The translations under genes and the position numbers were made by a program. The notes under the pieces are model-generated. The model had not been told where the DNA came from and searched no databases. It saw nothing but the letters and a program-made list of their open reading frames with translations. Source: Raja brachyura (taxonomy: Eukaryota). Taken from it: 64,000 nt of DNA. Positions 36,166-50,450 of this stretch are shown here, one piece after another. The stretch is taken from the NCBI GenBank assembly GCA_963514005.1, contig OY740783.1, positions 103,540,001 to 103,604,000 of the forward strand, read 5' to 3'. Numbering within the stretch: position 1 is the stretch's first letter; the number at the start of each line of letters is the position of its first letter.

Positions 36166-38094
36166 CACCTTTCCCCCGATTCCCTGATAAATTTAATGTC
36201 ACTGTATTTTGCACTTTTAATGCCATTTAAATGTTGTAGAAAATTGGTTTAAACATTAACAGGATATACTTTATTTTAAGGGTGTAATAATTGTTTGGAC
36301 AGTTTATTCCTCTTGCTGTGCAAGGAAAGGCTTCTCATTGCTTTTGCTCAGCCCTAACAATGAAGAATGCTGGGGAAAGGTCATTCCAACATCTGCTTTA
36401 GATCTGCATGAAAAGTTCAGGTAATTAATAATGTCTATCATTGCTGTACATTCTGGTTTCCAATATGTCTCGGACTCATTGTGTCAACCAGTGAGTTGAT
36501 GGTGGGGTGTATCTCTGCATTCACGGCAGTCAATCACCTCACAAATATGGTCAAGCTACACAGAAAAAAGTGTCCGCAACAATAAATGAAGCAGAAGTCA
36601 TGCCAGAAACTGCTGCAATTTCTCTCAATAAAAGCAGGGTAAATTCTTCATGAAAATTGCAGCAAGTGGTAAATAACTGCACATGAATTGAGCATGAAAA
36701 AACAAATGTAATCAGTTGAAGTTGTATGAACGACAAGGCATAACATGATCATCCTCAATTTAGCAGGCAATAGCACAGTGTACAGGGTCCTGCAGTGATG
36801 TTCTGGTATGGGGCGACAGACTTCCAACAACCACAACCATCTTGTGCAAGGTATGAGGCCAGCCTTTTGGATGTTGTCCCCCTGATACTCACTGACTTAA
36901 TTTGAACCAAGCACTTTGATTCTACACCGTCAAAAAACCACCTCAATGTTTGAAATGTCATTCTCTGCTCATCACTGGAATTCAGTTCTTTGGTCTGTGT
37001 TGGATGTGGCTTTTTTAAGATTAGTTTAGTTTTATATTTAGTTTAGGGTCTGGTTTTGGCCAAACTGAAATACCAATGAACAAGTTATTGTAGAATAACT
37101 GCTGCTTGATAGCTCTGTATCCAATATCCGTCCTCCCTTTTATTTGTGAGTGGGAAGAGATTGGCAGATGGGATTGGCCCTGCGTTTTATAGCTGAGCTG
37201 AGCATTTATCCACATATTCAAAAAGGTTGTCAAGTGTTTCTTCTCCAAAATCTCCATCTCCGAATCACAGAAGGGAAAAGAAAAACAGTACGGCCAGTGA
37301 AACATAATTACTGCCAATTATCTTCGATTGGCAAGAGTAAAGAATCAAGAGTCAAGAGTGCCATGTGTCCCAGATAGAACAATGAAATTCTTACTTGCAG
37401 CAGCATAACCGAATAAGTAAACATAGTACTCTGTAAAAAATAATAAACAACAGAGGGAAAAGAAGTGCAATAATAAGAATAGTCTAGGTTGTTTAGAGCT
37501 TATTTGAGAGTGTAGTGTTTAATAGGCTAATAGCTGTAGGGAAGAAGTTGTTCCTGAATCTGGACATTACCGTTTTCAGGCTCTTGTACCTTCTTCCTGT
37601 GTGATTAGGAATAGTAAGATTGAACGAGAACTTACCAAGTTTGAAGGTTGATCTTTATTTCATGAGGAGTTGCGGTGAGGGATTTCGTGAAGAGCCCGCC
37701 GGCACGCATGCGCGACATTCTTCAAAGCAGCGGTGTGGAATCACAGAAACAACAACAGAAATGACTTGGCATAGTAAGATTTAAAGAGACTCTGATTACC
37801 AGCTGAAGATGATCGAGGGTTGGGAGCGGAGGGCACGAAATCCCTCACCGCAACTCCTCATGAAATAAAGATCAACCTTCAAACTTGGTAAGTTCTCGTT
37901 CAATCTTACTATTTCATTTCGGAGTCACGTGAGTGACTTCGTGAAGACTTCAAAGCTTCTGTGATTACACGCCCTGGACAACGTCCATGCGGACACACCA
38001 CTAGCAAGGATGGATTGGAGGAAACAAGTTGACGAAACGAGGTTATACTGAAACAAAAAGAAGATTTGTTAATAACACAACAAATAACGCCCTT

Positions 38095-39079
38095 TTAATC
38101 AGGGACATCCCCACGTTCACACCCGGCGTTCAGCACGGCCTCTGCGAACTGAAGGGGAGCAGCAACAGGCTTATTATAGAATCGCTGGAACACAGCTTCA
38201 TTCACCCATCCTGCTGTGGCGAGGATATGGTCCATGGGTACCTCCATGACTCTCGCCGCCGACGTAGATGCAGCCCTGGTGGAGTGGGATGTAAACACAT
38301 TAGTGTCAATACCTGCCTTATTCAGGACGATCCGGAACCACCTGGATATCGTCTGGACTGTCACTCGATGGTGAGATCTTTTGTGAGTGACAAGCAGGTA
38401 CAACTCCATTCCTCTGATGCTCCTCGTCACCTTGATGTAGTAACGGATGTGAGTGGCTAAACATAGCCGAGCATCTGCAGGGTATGCCGGGAACTTCAGC
38501 TGCAGCCCTGTGCACCCAGGTCTATGCTGCTTAAGTAGCTCATCGACGAAAAAAAACTACTTCTCCAGGGGTCGACGTCATCCTGTCAATACGTAGTTTG
38601 TGGAGCGTCTGAACCCGCTGTGCTGAAGTCAGCGCTAGTAACATCACCAATTTCATAGTGAGTTGGTCCAGCTGTAACCCTTCCATGGGTGACCACGACC
38701 TGAGCAGGGTAAGCACATCCCTGACATCCCAGGTGATGTTGTAGCGTGGTGTAGGCGGATTCAGATTGAATATTCCCCGCATAAGCCTGGACACTAGCCT
38801 GTTCGATCCAACCTCGATGTTGAGGTAGAATGATAGCGCACTCCTGGCGCTGTTGATGGCACGATAACTCAAGTGCTCATCATGGTGCAACCCCGCGAGG
38901 AATTCCAGGACGTCGGCTATGGAGACATCGTCATAGGTGATGTGAGAGCGACTGCAGTAGGCTTTCCACTTGGTGATGTGGGAGAGATATCTCCGCCTGG
39001 TTGACCCTCGACATGATGCTCCAATGGTGTTCATGGTCCGGGTGGTAAGGCCATACTGCATCCATGGCCTGGTCAGAAC
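38095..39079 (-). pseudogene. DIRS copy 2 tyrosine recombinase with one homopolymer frameshift
   Basis: SAQRVQTL in ORF 38540-39661; HSTR, GW and FYNK in ORF 38095-38430. An extra base in the A8 run (38549-38556) could be real or an assembly error. Confidence 0.88.
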
Positions 39080-41002
39080 CTGCAAGCCAGTAATTTTAGA
39101 TACGCATGGCAGGGGTGTAACTCCCCTGAGACAGGGTGAGAAAACCACATGCGGGCAACCCTCTAGAGGGACCCAAGGTTGACTAATCATGTCAGAGACC
39201 ACCGGATACCAAGGCTGCGTAGGCCAGTCGGGTATGACAAGAATGCCTCTGGCAGAATCCATCCTGATTTTTTGTAATACCCGACTGATGAGGCAAAACG
39301 GGGGGAATGCATAGAAAAACCACTTCCCCCAGTCTAGCGAGAATGCATCAATCGCTAATGCCCCAGGGTCTGGTTCCCATGACACATATGTCGGTACCTG
39401 ATGGTTCAACCGGGACGCAAAAAGGTCGATATCCGGTTGGCCAAATTTGGCTGTAATTTGGGCAAATATTTGAGGATGCAGCATCCACTCAATACTATCA
39501 TTGAATTTGCGTGACCTGGTGTCTGCCACAGTATTAAGCCTACCTGGCAAATAGGTGGCTGAAATCCAAATATCTCGATCAATACACCAGCACCAAATAG
39601 TATTAGCCAATTTGTCACAAGAGACTGACCTGGTACCGCCCATATGGTTTAAATATGCCACCGCTGTGGTGTTGTCTATTTGGAGACGGACATGAGTACC
39701 ACTAAGATGAGCACAATATGCCCGCAGTCCGTGAAATGCTGCAAACCTAGAGAGCTTGCGTCAGTTTGCAAATATACCACCGGATTGGGCACAACAATGG
39801 GTTTGAATGCCCTGCCAATATTGGACACCCACCATTGGAGCTCAACCTTAGCATCAGAAGGCAGCTCCATAGGTCTGTCAAAATGACCAGCGTTCTTTTT
39901 TAACGCAATAATTTTGGCCCTTTGCAGGTTTTGAGAATGCAAAGGCCCAAACCGGGCTGCCGGAAATAAAGCTACGATTTTCCCAATTATCTTAGCTGTA
40001 TGCCGAATAGATGGTATACTGGCGGATGCGAGATCCTGACATGCAAGGGAGACATCCTCCACCTTGTGAAATGGAATGGTGGCCCTCATTTGAATAGAGT
40101 CCACCGTGAAACCCAAATAATCCATAACCTGGGGTGGGTGAAACTTCGATTTTTCTGGATGAACTATAAACCCCAGTTGCTGAAATATAGTAACAGTTGC
40201 TAAAACAGCGCTTTCAGCTGCTTCCAGAGTATTGCCAATAATCAGAATATCATCCAAATAAGCCATTACAATATGATGTTCTATGCGTAATTTGGCCATA
40301 ATAGGTTTAAGTAATTTAGTAAAGAGCCTAGGGGCAGTAGTAAGCCCATTTGGTAAGGCTCGATATTGCCAGAGCTGATCCATCCAGACAAATTTCAAAA
40401 ATTTCCGGTGATGTTTCCGGATGGACACTGAATAGTATGCATCTTTTAAATCAATACATGCCATAAAGCAACCATGCGAAATCAGTGATTTGGCTGTCTC
40501 AAAGGTGTCCATTTTGAAATGTGTATATGGTACAAAGGTATTCAACTGGGTCAAATCAATAATCACCCGACAACCTCCATCCTTTTTTGGTCTAGTAAAT
40601 ATATTGGAGACGAATTCAATGGGCTCGTGAATAGTTTTCTCTATCACGCCTTTTTGTCCCAAACGAAAAAATTTCAGCCGTGCCTGCTCAACAGCAGACA
40701 GCGTAAACTGCCGTTTAGGCATATGCTGGGATGGAGGAACGTTGCCGTGAATAAATTCAATAGAATGACCCCGAATATTTTGTAAAACAAATTTATCTGA
40801 AGTAACTGGTACCCAAGCTTTAGCACAGAACCGGAGTCGCCCTCCCACATGTGAGATTAAAGGGGCAGGGGAAAGAAACCCAGACCGCGTTACCTCCATG
40901 GTCACCGGCGGTCCCTGACATACTTGGGTGGCCGAGGAGGTGCTGGGCTGGGCTGACGATAAGATGGCTTCATCTTCCACTGGGGTCGCTGTGTGCCTGA
41001 CC
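39073..41002 (-). pseudogene. DIRS copy 2 RT/RNaseH/MT, disrupted
   Basis: YLDD present. Frame breaks after DASSLG because the WG...YLELL segment is missing; resumes AAFHGLRAYC...IDNTTAVAY and DLFAS/YAFPPF in another frame. Confidence 0.9.
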
Positions 41003-42611
41003 CTTTAAAAGACCGCTGCTGCTGGCCCTGTTGGTAGTAGTGCTGAGTAGTAGCATATGGTCTTGATGCTGATGCGACCGGACCTCGCGGTTGAGCAGGG
41101 GGAGCTTTTGGCACCATCGGTCTGGGGGCGATCTGAGATCGCATAAGTCCCACCGTTTTGGCTACCTCGTCCAGCTCCTTGACCCTCTTCGGAAGGTCTT
41201 CCCCGAAGAGTTGTCGGGGCGGTGGGGGCGGCGGTGGCTTACACAATCCTGCAAATTGTGGGTTGATAGACGGACGGATGCTGTTCTTCCGGAAATCGTT
41301 GATTTCATGCTGGGTGGCACATAATAGTGCTAACGCATCCTCCTGATCCAATGACAGGTCCGTTCCATCGACCGACCGCGCAAAGGCGGTAATACCGGCC
41401 GTGAGGAGTTTGAGGATCCGCTGGAGTGTAACCTCCTGATGGCGGACAGCCACGCCGATGTTGCCCCATATGGGCGTATTGACCAGTGGCACGTTGAGGG
41501 CATTACAGTTGGACGGGGCCTTGTGGCGCTGAGTGGCCTGTGAGAGTACTTCCTCCTGCAACCGATGATTCGTGAGAAAGTCCACTGTTGCTGCCAGCTT
41601 TGGCTGGAGCGGAAGTCCAGTTGTAATTGGTGCAGCAAATTTGGCTGCCACGTCCAGTAACTCAGCTGTCGGTGGCTCCGACGGTGTTGGGGTGGGGTCA
41701 AACCCTTCTACCCCTTGTGGCTCGCTGATGAGGGAAACCGGCGAGGCGGCCCTGTGCCTGACGATATCCGTGGGTGCGTACTGCTGTTGATTATGGAGTA
41801 CCAGCTCCAGCAGCCGCTCGATGCGGTCAATACGCCCCCCATCCTGAACACTCGGATGGTCGGAGTCCTCCGGCTCAGAAAACATGCCGGGGCTCCTATC
41901 ATCGGCCCGCACCTCAGAGAAGTGATCTCGGTGCCGGAATGGATCGCTTTCGGCCGCCGCAGCGAAACCGTGCGAGTCCCGTGCGGGCAGGGTGTCCAAC
42001 CGCCTCTCCTTGGCAGGAGTAGAAGCCGTTGCCACAAAGGGCCCTGACGGCTTGGGGTCGACTCCAGCAGAAGCATGGAGCGACGCCCGCACAGGCTTGC
42101 CGGCTGTCCGCATTTCGGACGGTGCCGACGCATGGTCTCGTCCTCCCATCCATGGGGGACTCGGCGACCGAGGCGGGACCGTACCCAAGCCCCCCGTCCC
42201 GGCGGCGGGGGTTGGGAGTTGGGTAGCAGACCTTAACGACCCAGGTCCCGCCGTTGCACCAGACCGCTCCATGGCGGCTGGTGGAGCCTTGGCCCGGACC
42301 GGGTTAGGCTTACGGGCGCCTCTGCTGCCTTTTAATGAAGGGCTAGCGGAGGGGGGTCGGGCCGCAGCACGACCCCTTCCCCGTTGTCGCCAAAGGCGAA
42401 CTTGTGGCAGGGTCCACCCTTTCAGGAGGCACCCCGACGACCTCCTCCACGCACTCCTCCTCGGAGCTGTGGCGACTCAGCGGGTCCCGACCTGCAGCAG
42501 CAGACGGCAATGACTTCCCCGCCTTCTTCCCGGCCCCAGGTGGAAACAATGAGGGCGCCGGGCCACGACTTCTTCGTCCAGACATTCTGAACACTCCAAT
42601 CCGCACCCTTG
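40902..42611 (-). pseudogene. DIRS copy 2 gag-like ORF (5' part frameshifted)
   Basis: ORFs 42343-42645 and 40902-42272 align piecewise to copy 1 gag (SSEE..GVPPE..DPA; RSPSPPWMGGRDHASA; PSNCNALNVP). Confidence 0.85.
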
Positions 42612-43879
42612 CTGAAAGACAAAACCGACAGCAAGGGCCAACCAACTTAAGGTGAGTTTAACTTACCTAAGCGGCTCCTTTGGAAGGGCTGGCGAGGAGC
42701 GCGCCCCACCGCCAGCTGTCGGCAGCAATGCGTTGCGACGATATGTCGCGCATGCGTGCCGGCGGGCTCTTCACGAAGTCACTCACGTGACTCCGAAATG
42801 AAATTATAACACTGTCCTTCATTGCTGGGGCAACGCCCCGAACAAACAACACTGTGTGAATACCTTCACTACAATGGTTCAAGAAGGAGACACACCACAA
42901 GGTAGACCAGGATGGGTGATAAGTACCGTTGACATTCACATCCCATAACTGAATCGAATAATATGGCACATGGTTTCAACACCTTCCTTTAAAAGGTATG
43001 TGGATGATTTCATAATTTCCTTGTTAATCAATTACCCTTCCTAACTGTAAGTAGGATCAACCTTCCATGACTGACTAGTAAGCTGCCATCCTTCACTTAC
43101 TACATTTTCTGGGGAAATTGTCCTCCTTTTTATAGGGGAGGAGGATTTGCTGTATTTTCTGTCTCATATTCTGTTTCTTCTCAAATGTAGGTAGATTTTA
43201 TTTACTGAAAAAAAAACCAAGTATTGTACAAGTAACTACTTGCTATACAAATCTGTTCTTTCTGTATAGATGCCTACAAGTCACTGGCTGAAAGTGTTAT
43301 AAATGGATGGCCTGATAAATTGCTGTATACAGCAATTATACATTGTCTGTGATTTATCCCTCAGAATTTTTGGTGCAATTAAAAACATTTTTTTTACTCG
43401 GCTAAACATTTTAAATAAACTGTTACAAATTAAAATTCTCTACGTCCATAGATTCAGAGAAGATAGAAATTTGCTCTGGATCACTTCCTGTAAATGTGAA
43501 AAACAGTAACAAATGTGTGTCAATCTACTCTTCTGAAATCCAATCTCATTCAGCAAAACCAATCTCAAACATCAAAACCAAATCTTAATTATTATAAAAC
43601 AAAAATATTATATATGTCAATGTGAAAATCAACCAAAAGTTTGAAAGCATGCATTTTCCGAGCAGTTGACTGCACACTATAAAATATATTTGGCTGATTT
43701 GTGTGCAGAGCAGGAAACATTGACATAATAACCATTACAATGCTGCCACTCTATTCACTGCAGCAAATCTTTCATACTTACCATGAAGTAAATCAACACA
43801 AACTTAAAAGTAGACGTTTCCAGTTCTTCTGAGCCCTGTGCAAAATGGATTCTTATCTAAAAAATATATCTCAATGTCT

Positions 43880-44240
43880 TCTCCGGAATCAAAGTTCACA
43901 ACAGAAACATCAGTACAAATATTTCTGCTGATATTCCAACAGGGAACTGAGTGCTGCATTGTCCAATTAGTTGTCTTTCAGATAAAACATTAAATTAAGG
44001 CCCCAGGTGAATATAAATGATCTCCAGACACTATTTTGAAGAGCAAAGCTTGGTGCCTTTGTGGATATCTATCTGCCTACTAATATAATTTAAAACAAGT
44101 TATCTGATCTTCAGCATATTTCTGTGGATGGAGGCTTTGTATATTAACATTTGATTTTCCTGCATTACAACAGTATTCACTCTTTCGAAGAACTGCATTG
44201 GATGGAATGCAGTTTTAGACATCATGACAGATTATATGTT
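43880..44240 (+). mobile_element. Old Deu-domain SINE (SacSINE1-like); second remnant at ~63000-63330
   Basis: gagtgctgcattgtc...gtctttcagataaaacattaaattaaggcccc...gatctccagacactattttgaagagca resembles the Deu core. Recognised from memory, not aligned. Confidence 0.5.
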
Positions 44241-44356
44241 AATGGAGTTTTCTTTTGCAAGTTCAAGTTCAAATTTATAGTCATATGCACAAGTACAGTA
44301 GGGTACAGGTACCATGAAAAATCTTGCTTGAAGCAGCATCATAGGCAGATAGGATA

Positions 44357-44815
44357 AGGGCCTGTCCCACCAGCATGCGACTGCATGCCTCTAGTGCAAC
44401 CAAATGCGTACGGCCTTGCGGGGCCGGTCCCACTTCCAACCGCAGAGCCGTATGGAGCTGGTCCCGACATCATACTCGCCAATCAGCTGGGCAGGAGGCG
44501 GACCGACTGAATTTGGATGTCGCACGGCATATGGTGGTGACGTCATCACGCAGCGACACGCTGGGCGGTGACGTCATCGCGTAACGCCACGCACTAGGCA
44601 TACGGCATCAAGATGCTGCATACGGTGTCCAGACGCTGCGTATGGCGTCAAGACGCTGCATACAGCGATGTGTATATGATGTCGGGACCAGCCCCGCACA
44701 ACTCCATACGGCTCCGGCGATCGAAGTGGGACCGGCCCCGCGAAGCCCAACGGCTCAAGCGACCATGTTTGGTCGCGCTCGCCACATGCAGTCGCATGCT
44801 GGTGGGACAGGCCCT
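44357..44815. mobile_element. PIF/Harbinger-like MITE
   Basis: ~30-bp TIRs AGGGCCTGTCCCACCAGCATGCGACTGCATG; flanks ATA/TTA (imperfect TWA-type TSD); nested internal inverted repeats; CpG-rich. Confidence 0.8.
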
Positions 44816-46969
44816 TTAGACATATAAAAACACATTACACACAAATTACACATCAAATTCTAAAATAAAACAAGAATGTGCAAAAAACAAGATGTTAGTG
44901 CAAAAGCATAATTTTAAAAAGCATCAAGAGTGAAGAGTATTTAATGGAATATCAAAGAGTAATTTGCCACATTAATTGATAGCCACATTAATTTGCCACA
45001 TTAATTGAGGCAAGAGATTCAGCAATCCAGAGGGATGCTAAGTGCTAAAATGGAAAATGGGATGTTATACCACGAGCTTTCATTGGAACAGGTTTGGAGA
45101 CCAAAGGTAGAGATAGCAATGGGAGCAGGATAGAATATTAATATAACAGGCAACTGGAACCTAATTGTCATTTTTAAAGACTTAGTAGCGAACTAGGCAA
45201 TCCATCCCCATTGGTCTTCTCCAATACAGAGGAGTCCATATGGTAAGCACTGAATGTAATACAACACTTTGGAAGAGGTATAAGGAAATTGCTGCTTTGC
45301 CTGGAAGGGGTGTTTTGTTCTCGAATGGTGGAAAGAGATGAATTAAAAGAACAGCTGCTGCAGCTCATATGATTACATGGGTAGGTGCCATAGGAAGGTG
45401 AGTGGATGTTAATGAAGATGGAAAAAGAGTCGTGGAGGGAATAGTCCCATCGGATTGCTGAACCTAGTTTACTAATAAGCGTTTGGAATCCAGCTAATTA
45501 ATCTCTTTGCAGATTTTGATGTTGAATTAACTTTTGAACTGCTTGGTTCTGGATATGAATTCATAATAAATTTCTTTTTTACCAAATTTGTGCGGACTCG
45601 GACCTTCACTTGCACTGGTCCAAATCAGATACAAATTCTGGATGAAGTATTTCAACCTTTAGACTTAATTTATCTCTCACAAAGATCATTTAACCAAGGT
45701 GAGCATAGATGTTGTCACCAATTTCAATCTAATATCCCTTGATTGTGCAAATGTCAATTCTGACTCCTTCCTGCTAGTGAAGTCGGATCAACTTGTTGGT
45801 TGGGCTAAGAATATGAATTAATTTGTTTAGCTTGAAATTGCCATCTTTTTGATGAGTGTTTTAACAATATTTTTAACTCAGCTGCTCCTACACGACTCCA
45901 GACACCAAATATGTTTGAATTAGGCTCAAGTGCATTCTCAATTACACTTTATCAACTCTACAGTTAGACACACTGTGGTCCTGTGAGAAGTGCCTCTACT
46001 GCTGCAAAAAATCAGTCAAGCAATGCTTCATGCTGGATTTTTAACATCCCTGAAGCACTTGTGTCATGAGCGTTTTTAACTACATTGACTGATTGTTCAA
46101 CTTCTCCATTTGAAGCCAGACTATACGAAATGATGAGAACATGTACCGTGCCAATCTATTTCACAAAATTTGTGAACAGACCGCATATTTATTTTATCTC
46201 CTCTATTCCACTGTCTATAGCAGTCTCATTTCACTTCAATCTGCTTTGAATGACTAAAGATCAAATAGTCATGGTCTCATTGAAGGACTCGTAGGCAATG
46301 AGCATGACTGCAAAGTTGTTTTTAATGACTTGTTCTTACAGCTTTGTTACATATTGTATTTGCTTTCCAATTATTCCAGGCTACTGGCCAAATATAGGTA
46401 ATAAATAAAGCAGCTTACAATTAATTTTATTCTAACTATTCCTGTTTGTTTGATGCAAAGCTTATCAAAATACTTTTTTTCTAAAAGCAGCAGGCATTAC
46501 TGCTCTTTTGTGTCACTTGACACGTGTATCCTGAAGTGGTTTCAGTTCCTTGTCAGTACACTGGTCAAATTTAGTCCATCTTTTCGCCATCTATTCAGAG
46601 CCTTTTTAACAATGGGTCTTTCAGGATTTCAGAAGTAGGAAAATCCTGTGAGTGGATTTACCTGTCAATCCTACTCTCACTTACAACCTTCCTGTAAGTG
46701 CAACAGTACTCCAGTGAGGACACTTAGTTTGGAATTCTTGCAACTGATGGTGCAATTGTATAACATCGGAAGGATTGTCCACTTTTAATACAAAATGCAC
46801 CTGGTTAAGTATTGCTGATTTAGGATCCATAATCACAAATAGCAGTACTCTGAAAGACTGTCCACTGTAGAATAGAGGAGATAAGATATATATGCAGTCT
46901 GTTCACAAATTTTATGAAATAGATTGTCCACCAAAACATAATGGAATTTGTTGATTTAAAACATTATTC

Positions 46970-47130
46970 TTAGTGCTGCTTGAGAGTGTTGGAAGTGAAG
47001 GCAATAGGTGTCTTGTGCCCATGATAGATCACATGGCTTTGCTTGGGAACAACACCATATATTGATGCATCACCTACCAATGTCAACTTGTACATTATAT
47101 TGCAATGAACAGGGAGAGCTTCACGCATTA
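46970..47130 (-). pseudogene. Decayed Ty3/Gypsy RNase H fragment
   Basis: LPVH...LTLVGDASIYGV...SH....GHKTPIAFTSNTL resembles the Gypsy LVH...DASPYGVGAVLSH...ERPIAFASRTL motif. Confidence 0.55.
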
Positions 47131-47183
47131 GTCTTTTCTTACTCTTGTCACATCGACTTTTCTGTTCCTTCTCCATGCCTACT

Positions 47184-50100
47184 AAACATAGAAACATAGA
47201 AAATAGGTGCAGGAGGAGGCAATTCGGCCCTTCGAGAAGCACCGCCATTCATTGTAATCATGACTGATCATCCCCAATCAATAACCCGTGCCTGCCTTCT
47301 CCCCATATCCCTTGACTCCACTAGCCCCTAGAGCATTATCTAACTCTCTCTTAAATCCATCCAGTGACTTGGTCTCCACTGCCCTCAAACACCGAGCCTT
47401 GCGGCACTCCACTCGTCACTGCCTGCCATTCTGAAAAGAACCCGTTCACTACTACTCTTTGCTTCCGGTCTGCCAACCAATTTTCTATCCATGTCAACAC
47501 CCTACCCCCAATACCATGTGCTCTAATTTTAGTCACCAGTCTCCCGTGCGGAACCTTATCAAAGGCTTTCTGAAAGTCTAGATACACTACATCCACTGGC
47601 ACCCCTTCATCCATTTTACTTGTCACATCCTCACAAAATTCCATAAGATTAGTCAAGCATGATTTCTCTTTCATAAATCCATATTGACTTGGACTAATCA
47701 TTTTACTGCTATCCAGATGTGCCATTATTACCTCTTTAATAATTGACTCCAGCATCTTTCCCACCACCGAAGTCAGGCTAACTGGTCTGTAATTCCCCAT
47801 TTTCTCTCTCGCTCCTTTCTTGAAAAGTGGGATAACATTAGCTATCCTCCAATCCACAGGAACTGATCCTGAATCTATTGAACATTGGAAAATGATCACC
47901 AATTCGTCCACTATTTCTAGAGCCACCTCCCTGAGGACCCTGGGATGCTGACCAGCAGGCCCAGGGGATTTATCACCCTTCAGTCCCATTAGCCTACCCA
48001 ATACTATTTCTTGCCTAATGAAAATTTATTTCAGTTCCTTTACCCCCTTAGATTCTCTGTCCTCCATTACATCTGGGAGATTGTCCTATGAAAGTTTCCC
48101 AATCCACTGGCTTCCGGCTACTCTTTGCTGTGTTATACATCTTTTCTTTCAGTTCTATTGTATCCCTAACTTCTCTTGTCAGCCACAGTTGCCTCCTACT
48201 CCCCTTAGAGTCTTTCTTCCTTTTTGGAATGAAATGATCTTGTGTCTTCCGGATTATGCCCAGAAATTCCTGCCATTGCTGTTCCACCATCATTCCTGCT
48301 AGGATCTCTTTCCAGTCGAACTTGGCCAGCGCCCCTCTCATGCCTTCATAGTCCGCTTTGTTCAACTGCATCACTGACACTTCCAATTTAACCTTCTCCT
48401 TCTCAAATTGCAAATTAAAACTAATCATATTATGATCACTACCTCCAAGCAGTTCCTTTACCTCGTGTTCTCTTATCATATCTGGTTCATTGGACAACAC
48501 CAAATCCAGAATTGCCTTTTCTCTGGTCGGCTCCATTACAAGCTGCTCTAAGAATCCATCTCGGAGGCATTCTACAAACTCTCTCTCTTGGGGTCCTGAA
48601 CCAACCTGATTTTCCCAGTCTACCTGCATATTGAAATCCCCCATCACCACAGTGGCTTTACCTTTGTTACATGCCAGTTTTAACTCCTGCAACTTGCACT
48701 CTACATCTGGACTACTATTTGGAGGTCTGTAGATAACACCAATTAGTGTCTTCTTGCCTTTACAATTCCTCAATTCAATCCACAGTGACTCTACCTCGTC
48801 AGTCCCTATGTCTTCCCTCACAAGGGAATGAATTCCACCCCTCATGTCCTTTCTATAGGATGTATAACCCTGAATATTAAGTTCCCAGGCCCGATCCTCC
48901 TGCAGCCATGTCTCAGTAATCCCCACAATGTCATATCTACCAACCGCTAACTGAGCCTCAAGCTCATCTACTTTACTTCTTATACTTCGTGCATTCATGT
49001 ACAATACTTTTAATTCCTTACGCATCTCACCTTTCACATCGATCCCTATTACATTTGGCCATACTCTCCTATCCCTTTGTGAGCTTCCTTTCCTGTTAAT
49101 TCTGGGGTCATTACCCATTCCTTTACTCTTTCCCTTTAACTCCATCGTCGACTATCCCATTTGACACCCCACACCCTTTATTCAGTTTAAAACCACCCGT
49201 GTAGCAGTGGCAACCCCGCCTGCCAGAATGCTGGTCCCCCACCTGTTAAGATGCAATCCGTCCCTTTTGTACAGTTCCCCCTTACTCCAAAACAGATCCC
49301 AGTGATCTAAGAATCTAAATCCCTACCCCATGCACCAGTTCCTCAGCCACACATTCAGGTACCGTATCTCCCTGTTCCTGCTCTCGCGAGCACGGGGAAC
49401 TGGAAGCAAACCAGAGATAACAACCCTGGAGGTCTTGCTTTTCAGCATCTTTCCGCGCTCTCTAAAGTCACGCTGCAGAATATTCATCCCCTTCTTTCCG
49501 ACATCATTTGTGCCGACATGCACTACCACTTCCGGCTGTTCACCTTCGCCCTTGAGGATTTTCTGCACTCTGTCCGTGACATCCTGGATCCTGGCACCAG
49601 GAAGGCAGCACACCATCCTCGATTCCCATCTGTTGCCGCAGAAACCCCTGTCCGTACCTCTCACAATGGAGTCTCCAACTACAATGGCGTTGCCTGACGT
49701 TGGCCTCTTTGGTTTTGGCTCAACAGCGCTTTTTGCTTCGCCGGTCCGCCGCTCAGTGTTTAACATCTTCTGTCTCTACAGCTTCTAAGTGGGTGAACCT
49801 GTTCACAAGAGGTACAACACCGGAGACCTTTGCATTCCATGTTTCCCTCCCTCTCTCACCGTCACCCACCTTCTCTCTTCCAGTACCTTAGGTGTAACAA
49901 TCTTTCTGTAGGACTCGTCGAGGAACAACTTAGTTTCTCGGACGGACCTGAGGTCATCCACTTGCTTCTCCAGTTCGCCAACACGGTCCTTCAGGAGCTG
50001 TACCAGGATGCACTTCTCACATTTGTAGCAGCCAGAGGCACCAGCAGTGTCCTTGACCTCCCACATACTGCAAGCATCACACTGAATCAGCTTGCTTGAC

Positions 50101-50450
50101 ATCTCCTTTTTTCGTCTCTCCCTCTCCAGCATTTGGCGTATCCTCCTCTCCAAAGACTCTTGAGCCAAAGACTTGCACTTCCCTCACAAGGCCGCTCCCT
50201 CACTGCCACTCCCCAAGAGCCGCCCTGCTTATATTGACTGATAAATTGCCTAATTTACCAATTTACAAAGCAAATTCCTCTGTTCCTCTGTTTTCCTCTG
50301 TTTCCCCCCTCTGACTCACTGCTAACTCTCCTCCCACTCAGGCTAGAGCCAATCAGTGCTTTTTGCTGCTTCTCTTTGTTGCTGTTTCTTCCGAATCCAC
50401 GGGAGTTAAGAGCTATCCACGGGAGCTCTGAGCTATCACTAATCGTATTT
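47184..50450 (-). mobile_element. CR1 LINE with 5' UTR, ORF1 (zinc finger, coiled coil, SGNH esterase), internally deleted ORF2 (APE endonuclease, partial RT) and 3' tail
   Basis: ORF1 pieces CDACSMWE..CEKC and VVGDSIVRG/HVGTND. ORF2 motifs MNARSI, GITETW, YRPP, MGDFN, SDH; KSPGP, NYRPVSLTS, LDFQKAFDKV, PQGSV joined directly to a 3' UTR ending in (TTTCTATG)n. Confidence 0.92.

Larger units (their letters stand above)
37610..42804 (-). mobile_element. Full-length DIRS1-type retrotransposon, copy 2 (related subfamily, disrupted)
   Basis: Same architecture and near-identical termini as copy 1; ICR 37834-37946; AAT at both junctions. ~97-nt deletion in RNase H near 39743 and +1 frameshifts near 39138 and 38549-38556. 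Confidence 0.95.

Noticed and set aside
38540-39661. Apparent natural MT-recombinase fusion ORF (373 aa) in DIRS copy 2
   Set aside because: Created by a +1 base near 39138 relative to intact copy 1; decay or assembly error.
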